From sequence record DRR723986_8527: a stretch of DNA of 54,825 nucleotides. The stretch is one strand, 5' to 3'. The position numbers and the translations under genes are program-made. Below, piece after piece: positions 8,448-17,730 of the stretch. The number at the start of each line of letters is the position of its first letter. Within the stretch, counting starts at the first letter, position 1. The notes beneath the pieces are model-generated. The model was not told where the DNA came from. It made no database searches and worked only from the letters and a program-made list of their open reading frames with translations.

Positions 8448-10700
8448 ATGAAAAGATTGAAACGTATTATACCTGTTATTATAAAGTTTAGAATCGAAAT
8501 TATTGGGATTTTGGCTGTTTTGATGGCGCTTTCTGGTTACCAAACACTGAATAAACTAAGTGTAGATAATTCACTTTCAATATGGTTTTTAGAGGATGAT
8601 CCAAGTTATAAGGCATACATAGATTTCCAGGAGAATTTTGGTTCAGATGAGATATTTATTATCATGCTACCAGTTGAAAATGCAATTGGCGAATCAGAAG
8701 TAAATAAGTTAAAGGAATTACACCAATCTATTGAAGCATTGCCTTACGTAAAAACAACCTTTAGCATGGCCAAAGCTAAATACCCAATCTATGCAAATAA
8801 TAACATCAGATTTGACGATTTATATAACTCAAGACGAAGTGAAAAAGGATTGAAAAATCTGTTTTCTAAACTATCCAACATTACTTCACAATTGGTCACT
8901 AAGGATTATAAAAACCAGCTGTTTTATATCCAAATGAAACCTACACCAACCATTGAGGAAGACCGACAAGAAATAGCTGTTGAAATTGAAAGTATAGTTG
9001 GACAGATGTATTCAGATTATTATCTAACAGGACCACCTGTATTAAATGAGGCTTATAGCAAAGGCATTTATAAGGAAAGTCTAATATTTGGTATTCTGAC
9101 GGTTTTGGTCATAACGGTATTGCTTTTATTTCTGCTACCAAGTAAACGCTATCTACTAATAGCATTACTGTCGGTTGCGATTCCGGTTAGTTTACTTTTT
9201 GGATTGATTACTTCTCTTGGGTTTGCATTAAATATGATTTCCATGCTTATCCCAACGATTCTAATGGTATATAGCGTTAGTGATGCGGTTCATATTATAA
9301 ACATTTACCACAAAGAAGGACTTGCTAATACCAATTTTTCGAAGGTTGATTTGTTAGCAATTTCCATACGAAAGAGTTTAACACCTTGTTTCTATACTAC
9401 GCTAACAACCCTTGTTGGCTATTTTGCACTTTATTTATCACCTTTACCTGCATTTAAAAACATGGGTGTTTTTACATGTATTGGATTAATTCTAAGTTTT
9501 TTATTGGTATATGTAATTACCATTATCGGCTTTAGTTTTATGAATTTAAATTTTGAAAAAGCTAAACCCATATTAAGCTTTAAAAGCTATTCTCAATCGC
9601 GCTTTATTGAATGGCTCAATGGTTTTACAAGTCAATATAAAAATTCATTGATTGTAGGTTTTACAGCGGTGCTTTTATTTGGAATCTATTCTATTTTTCA
9701 GGTTAAGATTGACACCAATTCTCGTGATTTATTGGCAGAAGGCAAAGCAAAACAAGACTTAAGAGCTGTTGAAGTAGAGCTGGGCGGAAGTAACCGACTT
9801 CAAATAAATATAGCAACAAAAGATGGCGACTTAATATTGAATAAAGATGCTATTAAAAGATTAGAGGATTTTCAGAATAAACTTGAAGCAAACCCATTAA
9901 TATCAAACCCTGTTTCGGTGGTTACTATAAAGTCCTTCCTAGAACAACGCACACCTGTTTTATTTCAATCTAATATATCAGAGGTGGAACTAAAGAATAC
10001 ACTTAAAGATGTTGATGCTAGAGAAAACAGCTTTTTTAAATTATTCTCAGATGACCTATCAACAGCAGGTTTTACGCTAACCCTTATGGAAATGCGAACA
10101 TCAGAATTAGAACAAGTGCTTGATGATATTAAACAAGCCTTTAAATCGTCATTTGATACTGATAAGTATGAATTGAAAATAAACGGTTTTGCAGTGGTCT
10201 TTGCGCAATTGAACAACTTTATTTTAGAGACTCAGTTTAAGTCCTTCTTTGCGGCATTTTTTGTGGCATTTCTATGTCTTTGGGTGTTTATAAAAAATCT
10301 GAGAACTACCATATTAGTACTCATACCAAATATTTTACCATTAGCGATACTTGCAATATTTATGAGTTTGCTAGACATTCCCTTAGATGTTACAACAGCA
10401 ATGATAACACCTATTATGTTGGGAATTGCTATGGATGACACTATTCACTTAGTACATAAATACAGGCGAAGCAAGTATATAACAGGTTCGCCAAAAGAAC
10501 GCATGGACAATGCTATGCGCTATACAGGTAGTGCCTTAATATCAACAACGATTGCTTTGGTTGGAGGGTTTTTAATAATAGCGTCTAGTGCCACACCTTC
10601 AGTTCAGGATTTTGGCTTGCTTTGTTCCGTAACTGTTGCGATGGCCTTAATTACAGACATCTTTTATTTGCCCGCTCTATTGAAGAAGTTGGATAAATAG
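8448..10700 (+). CDS. MMPL/RND-family membrane transporter
   Basis: Two repeated TM bundles with SDAVHI and DDTIHL, and large periplasmic loops. Confidence 0.85.
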   Translation: MKRLKRIIPVIIKFRIEIIGILAVLMALSGYQTLNKLSVDNSLSIWFLEDDPSYKAYIDFQENFGSDEIFIIMLPVENAIGESEVNKLKELHQSIEALPYVKTTFSMAKAKYPIYANNNIRFDDLYNSRRSEKGLKNLFSKLSNITSQLVTKDYKNQLFYIQMKPTPTIEEDRQEIAVEIESIVGQMYSDYYLTGPPVLNEAYSKGIYKESLIFGILTVLVITVLLLFLLPSKRYLLIALLSVAIPVSLLFGLITSLGFALNMISMLIPTILMVYSVSDAVHIINIYHKEGLANTNFSKVDLLAISIRKSLTPCFYTTLTTLVGYFALYLSPLPAFKNMGVFTCIGLILSFLLVYVITIIGFSFMNLNFEKAKPILSFKSYSQSRFIEWLNGFTSQYKNSLIVGFTAVLLFGIYSIFQVKIDTNSRDLLAEGKAKQDLRAVEVELGGSNRLQINIATKDGDLILNKDAIKRLEDFQNKLEANPLISNPVSVVTIKSFLEQRTPVLFQSNISEVELKNTLKDVDARENSFFKLFSDDLSTAGFTLTLMEMRTSELEQVLDDIKQAFKSSFDTDKYELKINGFAVVFAQLNNFILETQFKSFFAAFFVAFLCLWVFIKNLRTTILVLIPNILPLAILAIFMSLLDIPLDVTTAMITPIMLGIAMDDTIHLVHKYRRSKYITGSPKERMDNAMRYTGSALISTTIALVGGFLIIASSATPSVQDFGLLCSVTVAMALITDIFYLPALLKKLDK

Positions 10701-10701
10701 C

Positions 10702-11613
10702 CTACTGTATTATTCTAAAATAAATAGTGCTATTCGGGTTTAAATTACATTGGTGTTCAATAAAAATAGAATTGGATTTGTACGTAGCCTCAATCAACCA
10801 ATTCTTCCCATTAAAATAGGATCTTTTAACCACAGCTTTATGTTTAGAATGTTCTACGATTTGTAGTTTATGAGCATAATATATTGCTCCATCAATGATT
10901 GAAAATTCCTCAAAAAATGAAGCCACTAGTGGCAGTTTAGGATTACAGTATATGTTCTGCGGAGTGTCTTTTATAACAATTTTCTTATCATGTAAAACTA
11001 TCATATCATCAGCAAACGCTAAAACATCATTTTTATCGTGTGTAGCAACTACACAACTTATATTCTTTTCCCTTAAATAGCTAAAAATACTTCTACGTAA
11101 AGACTGTTTTTTAAAATTGTCTATATGACTAAAGGGCTCATCTAATAACAAAATTTCTGGTTCTTTTGCTAAAGCCCTAGCTAATGCCACACGTTGCTTT
11201 TGACCTCCGCTAAGATTTTTTACTTTGGTATCAGCAAAAGCTTCAAGCTCTACAACCCTGAGTAATTCTTCAGTTCGTTTTTCTTTTTGTTCTGGATAAA
11301 AGCGCGAAAGGTGCTTCCCAACATTTTCTTCAACTGTGGTGTAAGGCATTAAGTCGAATTCCTGGGTAACATATTTCATAAAATCATAACCCACAATAAG
11401 ATTGAATGCTGGACCTAAGACCTGTTTATTATCCCACCACACTTCACCTTCTTTTAAATCAAATTCACCATAAATTAGCTTTAATAAAGTACTCTTTCCA
11501 GAACCACTTTCACCAATAATTGCAAGTGTTTTACCTTTAGCGACATCAAAGCTTATATCTCTTAAAACATGAGTTTTGGTATAGGCAAATGATACATTTT
11601 TTACTTGAAGCAT
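10702..11613 (-). CDS. ABC transporter ATP-binding protein (FbpC/PotA-like, orphan)
   Basis: GESGSGKS, LSGGQ, LLLDEPF; start reassigned to ATG at 11613 (MLQVKNV). Confidence 0.85.
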   Translation of the reverse strand: MLQVKNVSFAYTKTHVLRDISFDVAKGKTLAIIGESGSGKSTLLKLIYGEFDLKEGEVWWDNKQVLGPAFNLIVGYDFMKYVTQEFDLMPYTTVEENVGKHLSRFYPEQKEKRTEELLRVVELEAFADTKVKNLSGGQKQRVALARALAKEPEILLLDEPFSHIDNFKKQSLRRSIFSYLREKNISCVVATHDKNDVLAFADDMIVLHDKKIVIKDTPQNIYCNPKLPLVASFFEEFSIIDGAIYYAHKLQIVEHSKHKAVVKRSYFNGKNWLIEATYKSNSIFIEHQCNLNPNSTIYFRIIQ

Positions 11614-11617
11614 ATTG

Positions 11618-11625
11618 CAAAAATA
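11618..11625 (-). promoter_or_regulatory. Bacteroidota -7 promoter element, 4 nt before the ABC gene ATG
   Basis: TATTTTTG matches TAnnTTTG. Confidence 0.55.
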
Positions 11626-11630
11626 CCATA

Positions 11631-11661
11631 AAAAAACCGCTTGATTTCTCAAACGGTTTTA
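11631..11661 (-). terminator. Intrinsic terminator after FG-GAP gene 1
   Basis: AAAACCGTTTGA-GAAA-TCAAGCGGTTTTTT on the minus strand. Confidence 0.75.
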
Positions 11662-11681
11662 TAATTGGATAGTAGTTTTTA

Positions 11682-14132
11682 TTATTTTTTAATAAATTTT
11701 CGTTTTATACTTTTTCCTTCAGACTCTAGCCTTAAGAAGTAAACACCACTCTGTAAATTGGAAACGTCTAAGCTATTTGTGTTTAGCTTTACATTAATAA
11801 TACGTTTTCCGTTTATATCAAAAACAGTCGCAATTTTGTTTGTAACATCGGCTGAAGTTATAATTTGCAATTGATCCTCAACAGGATTAGGATAGATAGA
11901 TACATCAGCTAGATTTTCATCTGTTATTGATAAAGTATCACCTTCAATTACAGTATGGGTTGTATTAATTGCAGGATTGTTAATTACATCAATTGTACCA
12001 GATGGCCAGTAAATTGTTATTGTTTGGATTGTAGTTTCTGACCCAATACCAAAATGCGTATTAAGCGAACTCATAAATTCAAAACCTTCACCACTTCTTA
12101 CATCTCTTATTTGAGTACCTGAGGCAGTTGTAATTTCGACGCGAGCACCAATACCATTTCTATTACTCATACCAGATGTCTGGTAACCCATCCCAATGGT
12201 GTTTATTTTAACCCAATTATTTGAGTTTCCTTGGTTATAATAGATTTTACCATTGTAGTACAAATCTATGAAACCATCATTGTTAAGATCTCCAAAAGAT
12301 CCATTTTTATAATTAATTTGACTTGTGTCAGGATCTTCAAAAGTTAAATCGCTTTTTCCATACATTATAGAACCGTTGCTTATTATGTCTAGATATCCAT
12401 CATTATCAATATCATAAGCAGAACTTTCCCATCCTGTAGGTGCTGAAATTCCTGAGCCAGCAGTTACATTGGTGAAATCAAAATTAGGCGCTCCATTATT
12501 TCTCATTAATTTATGACTACCTGAACTTGCTCCCACAAAAACATCCATATCTCCATCATTGTCAAAATCGCCCCAAGCAGAAGACCATGTTTGCATTGGA
12601 TCGGCTAAGTTTTTGCTTGCAGCATTTTCTGTAAACGTGCCATCACCATTATTTGTGATCATCATATTTGTTCTTCGTGCTTCAGACCCACCACATTTAG
12701 CGATAAATAAATCAATATTTCTATCATTATTATAATCTATCCAGATAGACCCATAATCACCACCAGACGGATAATTTCCGAGTGAATAAGGTGCGTCAGG
12801 TGTAACATCTGATTGATAGAAAGTTAAACTACCATTACCCTCGGAATCATTCATGAAATAGACATTTGGCTCAACATCATGACAAACAAAGGCGTCTAGA
12901 TTTCCATCGTTATTTATATCTACAAAATTAGAACGCTGTGAAAAGGTGTATTGCTCTGTAGTTGTTGATTGCTCAGTGAAAGCAGAGCCGTCACTATTTG
13001 ACATCATAAATGTTACTCCACTTCCAGCTCCGTATAGCAAATCAGTATATCCATCTGCATTGTAGTCGCCAGCAGCTAAACTCCAGGATGGTAAAAAGTT
13101 GGCTGCAGGTGTTGATATATTGCGATCTGTGAAACTTCCATTTGCGTTTTGCTGTTGAATATTTATGTTAGATGTAGACACTCCAACTATATCGTCTAAA
13201 AAATCTCCATTCATATCTACTACAGCCATATCGTACCCACTTACATCGATGTCAACTTGGCTAAACACTACACGAGAAGGAGGTGCCGTTGAAAAATTTA
13301 CTGGTCCTGCCCAAGTACTATAATCGCTGGCAGTACAACGAGCTCTTACAAATATTTCATAAGCAGTATCTACATTTAGTCCTGTAGCTGAATATGGAGC
13401 TGTATTAATGGTAAGTGTGCCGTTTGTTGGAACTCCCGTTCCTGCTGGTTGAATAGCTATTTCCCAAAGCGTTTCTGTTCCATTCGGAGTCCAAAACACA
13501 TTAGCAGTTGTAGTAGTTATATTATTTACAAATAAGTTTGATACTGTTGGACAAGTTGCCGCAGCACCAGATAATAATGTTGGTGAGTTAAAGCAAAAAC
13601 CCCAACCCCAAGAACCATTGTCTTGGTAGTATATTCTATATCTAAAATTAGATAATTGATTAGGAGAAAAGCCGGCAATATTTAATGTTCCACTGTTAAA
13701 TGAAGCACTGGGTCCTTCGCAAAAATTAACATTAGGCGCTCCAGGAGTATTATCGTTAATGGAGTTACTCCAGTTTACCCAACTATTTGAATCCGCATCC
13801 CAATATTGAATGGTAATAGTTTCATCCTCGTATGTATTAAGAACGTACTCTGAATTTAATTCTAAGCCGAATTCACCTGCGTTAAATGCAGCCGTTAAAT
13901 CTATAACAGGAGATTCTGCCGCAACGTCATTGTCAGAGGAAGAACCAGGCTCATCATCATCATAAGAAAAGTTACTCGATACCGTAGGGTTGTCTGTAAA
14001 TACATTAGGATTGGCGTCATACGTTCCGGTTATAGTCCAAGATGCATTTGGCCAGTTAGCAGGTTGGTTTAATACTTGTGCATAGCTAATAAAGCCAAAC
14101 ATTACCAGTATTAGAAAAGTAATTTTTTTCAT
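11682..14132 (-). CDS. T9SS-secreted FG-GAP/ASPIC-UnbV (CRTAC1-like) protein with an Fn3 domain
   Basis: Signal peptide; Fn3 (GLNVDTAYEIFVRA); many DxxxDG repeats; NRNGIGARV...HFGIG...WPSG; type A CTD (IYPNP...KFIKK). Confidence 0.85.
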   Translation of the reverse strand: MKKITFLILVMFGFISYAQVLNQPANWPNASWTITGTYDANPNVFTDNPTVSSNFSYDDDEPGSSSDNDVAAESPVIDLTAAFNAGEFGLELNSEYVLNTYEDETITIQYWDADSNSWVNWSNSINDNTPGAPNVNFCEGPSASFNSGTLNIAGFSPNQLSNFRYRIYYQDNGSWGWGFCFNSPTLLSGAAATCPTVSNLFVNNITTTTANVFWTPNGTETLWEIAIQPAGTGVPTNGTLTINTAPYSATGLNVDTAYEIFVRARCTASDYSTWAGPVNFSTAPPSRVVFSQVDIDVSGYDMAVVDMNGDFLDDIVGVSTSNINIQQQNANGSFTDRNISTPAANFLPSWSLAAGDYNADGYTDLLYGAGSGVTFMMSNSDGSAFTEQSTTTEQYTFSQRSNFVDINNDGNLDAFVCHDVEPNVYFMNDSEGNGSLTFYQSDVTPDAPYSLGNYPSGGDYGSIWIDYNNDRNIDLFIAKCGGSEARRTNMMITNNGDGTFTENAASKNLADPMQTWSSAWGDFDNDGDMDVFVGASSGSHKLMRNNGAPNFDFTNVTAGSGISAPTGWESSAYDIDNDGYLDIISNGSIMYGKSDLTFEDPDTSQINYKNGSFGDLNNDGFIDLYYNGKIYYNQGNSNNWVKINTIGMGYQTSGMSNRNGIGARVEITTASGTQIRDVRSGEGFEFMSSLNTHFGIGSETTIQTITIYWPSGTIDVINNPAINTTHTVIEGDTLSITDENLADVSIYPNPVEDQLQIITSADVTNKIATVFDINGKRIINVKLNTNSLDVSNLQSGVYFLRLESEGKSIKRKFIKK

Positions 14133-14143
14133 ATTAATTTATT

Positions 14144-15502
14144 TTAATCACAATTATTTAATGACTCAATCCATTCTTCAACTAGCCTAACTCCTTCTTG
14201 GTGCTTTAATGTTCTGCCAAACAGAGGCATTCTAAAAGATTCATCAGTTGTATTTATTCTGTAATAAAGAACAGATTGGTCTATATTATTAGGTTGTACT
14301 ATATCAGAATTTGGTATAAATTGTGTTTCTGGTTCTACACAAACCCCTAAATTTTCAGAATCAGCGCTGTCCTGGAATCCAAAACGCATTGATCTATATT
14401 CGCAATAACTATTTTCTGAGTGGCAGTGCGCACAGTTTATATCTAAGTAAGACCTCACACGCATTTCTAGAGACTCGCTGTTATCATCCCACTTAACCGT
14501 TGTTTGTATAGAAGCAGGTAAACTATTTTCTAAATAGCCTAATTCAACCAATTTGCTCAACTGATTTGAAATGCCTGTTGAATAATTATAATCTCTATTA
14601 AGGTTTTGTGGTTTTGGTCCAATTGGCACTGGTGTGTCAAATTTGTTATGACATGTGAAGCATTCTGCACGAGAAGGTATACGATAGTTAACCGTTTTGG
14701 TATCACCATCTTCAAGCCAACTTAAATTTACATTACTTCCGTCATTATCAAAATAGGCTTCGGTTTGTTCTTCATTCCAAACATACTTTGCAAAATCCCA
14801 TCCATCTTCTTTCTTGTACATTATGCGTGTTTCTAAGATTTTTGTTTCATTATTTGGTAAAACATTATCATAGAAAAAACTTTTAATGAGAACACTGCCA
14901 CTTGGAAAGTCTAAAGGGGAATAGTCATTTACATATGATGCTTTAACGCCATTTGGCATCCAAATAAATCGTTTTTTATGTGCGTAGTCTGTAAATAGTG
15001 GTGATATTAAGTCGTAAGGGATAACGCCAAAAGTCGGGTTTAAATCTTTTAAATTACCCTCAAAAAAATTATATGAAGACAGGGTTTCAAAAGGTGTATC
15101 TCCATTAAAAAAGTTCACTATAGATAGAGATGTAATTTCTACATTTACTGTTTCTGTTTTGCAATCAGCATTATTATCGCAAATAGTATATTGAAAAGAA
15201 TCTATACCAGTTTCATTGTTGTTTGCTGTAAAGACCAGAAAGTCATCTGAAATATCATCTGGTGTATTAGAATTGTTTATTGTTACAATACCTTTGTTTG
15301 GGTTGGTAACTGTAAACTGACCTTGAGAAGGAATATTTTCATCATTTAAAAACACAAATATATCTATCTCAGAATTTTGCGCAACGACAACATTATCTGG
15401 GTTTGTTCTAATACTTATAGGAGTAATAGTATCGTCACTTGAGCACGATATAATAATTAGTCCTAAAACCAGAAAAATAGATCTAAATATCTTTGTTTTC
15501 AT
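14144..15502 (-). CDS. Diheme c-type cytochrome lipoprotein (SO2930-like) with an N-terminal Ig-like domain
   Basis: Lipobox IISC-SSDD; DSFQYTICD Ig-like motif; PLFTDYAHKKRF; CFTCH, CAHCH and RMPL. Confidence 0.8.
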   Translation of the reverse strand: MKTKIFRSIFLVLGLIIISCSSDDTITPISIRTNPDNVVVAQNSEIDIFVFLNDENIPSQGQFTVTNPNKGIVTINNSNTPDDISDDFLVFTANNNETGIDSFQYTICDNNADCKTETVNVEITSLSIVNFFNGDTPFETLSSYNFFEGNLKDLNPTFGVIPYDLISPLFTDYAHKKRFIWMPNGVKASYVNDYSPLDFPSGSVLIKSFFYDNVLPNNETKILETRIMYKKEDGWDFAKYVWNEEQTEAYFDNDGSNVNLSWLEDGDTKTVNYRIPSRAECFTCHNKFDTPVPIGPKPQNLNRDYNYSTGISNQLSKLVELGYLENSLPASIQTTVKWDDNSESLEMRVRSYLDINCAHCHSENSYCEYRSMRFGFQDSADSENLGVCVEPETQFIPNSDIVQPNNIDQSVLYYRINTTDESFRMPLFGRTLKHQEGVRLVEEWIESLNNCD

Positions 15503-15551
15503 GAGAAAAAAAACACTTAGACTTTGCTTAGATTTGGAGAATTCGCAACGA

Positions 15552-15559
15552 CTAAGTTA
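15552..15559 (-). promoter_or_regulatory. Candidate -7 promoter for cytochrome/FG-GAP operon 1
   Basis: TAACTTAG, one mismatch to TAnnTTTG. Confidence 0.4.
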
Positions 15560-15647
15560 AAATAATTTAGTAAATCTAATAAAATGAATTGAAATAACAG
15601 CTTTTTTACTGATTATTAGCTGTATATAGCGATAAAATCAAAAAACT

Positions 15648-17717
15648 CTATTTCATGAAATTGTATTTCAATAGAATAAGTTTGTCTAAAACCTTATGTC
15701 TGGCATATTTGTTTAATTTGTAATACCAGTAAATAAGTCGCATTGGTAAAATAAAGTTGATGAATTTACTTTTTGTATAAATATAAGGTCTCAATTTGGC
15801 CATATATCTAAAATAGCGTTCAGGTTTTAGTAAAAACCCTATTGATTCTCTAACCAAACCTTTATTTTCTGGTAAGTCATACGATATACCAACTTTGTTG
15901 TCTCCTATATTTTGATAAAATCCTTTGTTTAAATTTTCTAAATAGTTGAGTTTTTTAGTTGATTGTAGCAAACCCACCTTTAGAGATAAATCAGTGATTT
16001 GTTTGTCAATCATTTCTTCGTTATAGCAGATGGTTTCAAGTTCAGTGAGTAGTTTTTGATGTTGGGCGAAGGAAAACTCTTGATGAGCTTTTATATAATT
16101 ATCATACAGCCACTTTTCATTTGGTTCATGATATTGTTTGGTGTAATTATCAGCATCCTTACTATAACCTAAAGCACTACCATGGTCTGCAGCCGCAAAT
16201 TGCTCATACAATTGTGTATTGGCCATAACTATTGAATCGGTATAACTTTCGAATGGTAGTAAGGAAAACAATATACCTTCACGAGGAGTGTTTTCAGTGA
16301 TATTATATATTTCTCGTAGCCCTAAATAAAAACCAGTAACCTTAACCTTGTCTTCATAGAACTTGTAAATAGACTCTTGCATTGTCCCTCCCCAGCCTAT
16401 ATCCACTAAAAAGATTCCATCTTTTATTACATCTACATTAAATGAATTTACATATTCATTAAATACATCTTTTTGTGATAATCGATGTGATTCATAATGC
16501 TTCAGAAACTCCTTATTGATTTTTAGCTCTTTAAAAATTTCAGAATTAAAAAAATCTTCTATTCTGTCCTCTTTCTTGGTGCTTATGGAATCTATAATCG
16601 TATTCATTTGAGCATCTGAAAACGAGAAAAATTTCAAGAATTCACTGACAGATAATGCGCTATGATAATGTTTTAAATAATCAAATGTTTCATCTGCAAT
16701 GGGCTTTAATGAAAACTGTATAGATGCCTGACGAGATATTCTTAAGTAATGCGTTTGTATTTTGTTTTGGTCATCTAATAATACATGATCTTGATAGGAG
16801 TCAAATAGCTTTTTTAAAAATTGGCCCTCTCTTGAAAGAAAGAATAGATCTTTAATATTCTTTTGCCTACTTATTTTATATAGTCTTTCGGTGAAAAAAT
16901 GATAAAAAATAATGTATTCACTAAATGGTTGTGCGTTTTTGCTGTTACATGTTTTATAGGTGTTATTTAATACAGACCTAAATTTTTTATAGTCATTACC
17001 AAAGTTATTTCTTTTGTTGCGCCTTAAATGACTTTTATGTGGCATTAAATAAGCATTTAAGCCACTTTCCTTGGCGCGACTTAAGTCACTTACTTCATTA
17101 TCTCCGATCATTAAGACATCCGAAGGATTTAAGTTTAAATCAGATAATATCTCTGGAAATATAGTGCCAGTATATTTACTTTTTTCCACAGAAGACGAAC
17201 TGTAGATTCCATCGAAGAGATCGCTAATATTATGATGCTTTAGAAGTGCTTTAAACATGGTTTTTGGCCCATAAAAATCTGAAACCAGATAAACTTTACC
17301 ACCTTTGGATTTGAATTTCTTTAAAACCGAGACTGTGTCTTCATTTATATATTGAACAGCAGATTCTGACTTAATATCTGCCAATTCAAAGCAGTTTAAA
17401 AAGTCATCTTTATTTTGACTTGAAATAACCTCTGCATTTAATAAACGCTTGCTTATTTCCTTTTTCAATAATTCGTAAGGCAGTTCTACATCTTCACAGT
17501 CGTGTTTATCCTTTAAGTATGCGACTGATTCTTGTCTTATAAAGTAGAGTGTATCAATATCAGTTTTGAGCCCAAGTTCAGTGATAAGTATTTTGGCCCA
17601 AAGTCTTAAAGTATAATTTGGGTGCACACTTCTATGTACTAAAGTATCATAATAATCTGTAAAAATTACCTTGATATTGTTAGCCTTAATAATGTTATTG
17701 AGTTGGTTAAGTTTCAA
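15648..17717 (-). CDS. Large HAD-family hydrolase-like protein
   Basis: DYYDTLV, VSD, MIGDN..SD, FLSREG, DIGWGGTMQ; TTG start is uncertain. Confidence 0.75.
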   Translation of the reverse strand: MKLNQLNNIIKANNIKVIFTDYYDTLVHRSVHPNYTLRLWAKILITELGLKTDIDTLYFIRQESVAYLKDKHDCEDVELPYELLKKEISKRLLNAEVISSQNKDDFLNCFELADIKSESAVQYINEDTVSVLKKFKSKGGKVYLVSDFYGPKTMFKALLKHHNISDLFDGIYSSSSVEKSKYTGTIFPEILSDLNLNPSDVLMIGDNEVSDLSRAKESGLNAYLMPHKSHLRRNKRNNFGNDYKKFRSVLNNTYKTCNSKNAQPFSEYIIFYHFFTERLYKISRQKNIKDLFFLSREGQFLKKLFDSYQDHVLLDDQNKIQTHYLRISRQASIQFSLKPIADETFDYLKHYHSALSVSEFLKFFSFSDAQMNTIIDSISTKKEDRIEDFFNSEIFKELKINKEFLKHYESHRLSQKDVFNEYVNSFNVDVIKDGIFLVDIGWGGTMQESIYKFYEDKVKVTGFYLGLREIYNITENTPREGILFSLLPFESYTDSIVMANTQLYEQFAAADHGSALGYSKDADNYTKQYHEPNEKWLYDNYIKAHQEFSFAQHQKLLTELETICYNEEMIDKQITDLSLKVGLLQSTKKLNYLENLNKGFYQNIGDNKVGISYDLPENKGLVRESIGFLLKPERYFRYMAKLRPYIYTKSKFINFILPMRLIYWYYKLNKYARHKVLDKLILLKYNFMK

Positions 17718-17730
17718 ATTATTAGTAGGC

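Noticed and set aside
4010-10700. Flexirubin/aryl polyene (dar/flx) cluster
   Set aside because: No DarA/DarB, ammonia-lyase, chain-length factor or glycosyltransferase genes; the core is a chalcone-synthase-type PKS
15570-15645. GATAAAAT-like boxes upstream of the cytochrome operons resembling the sRNA upstream boxes
   Set aside because: Matches are weak in AT-rich DNA and lack consistent phasing between the two operons
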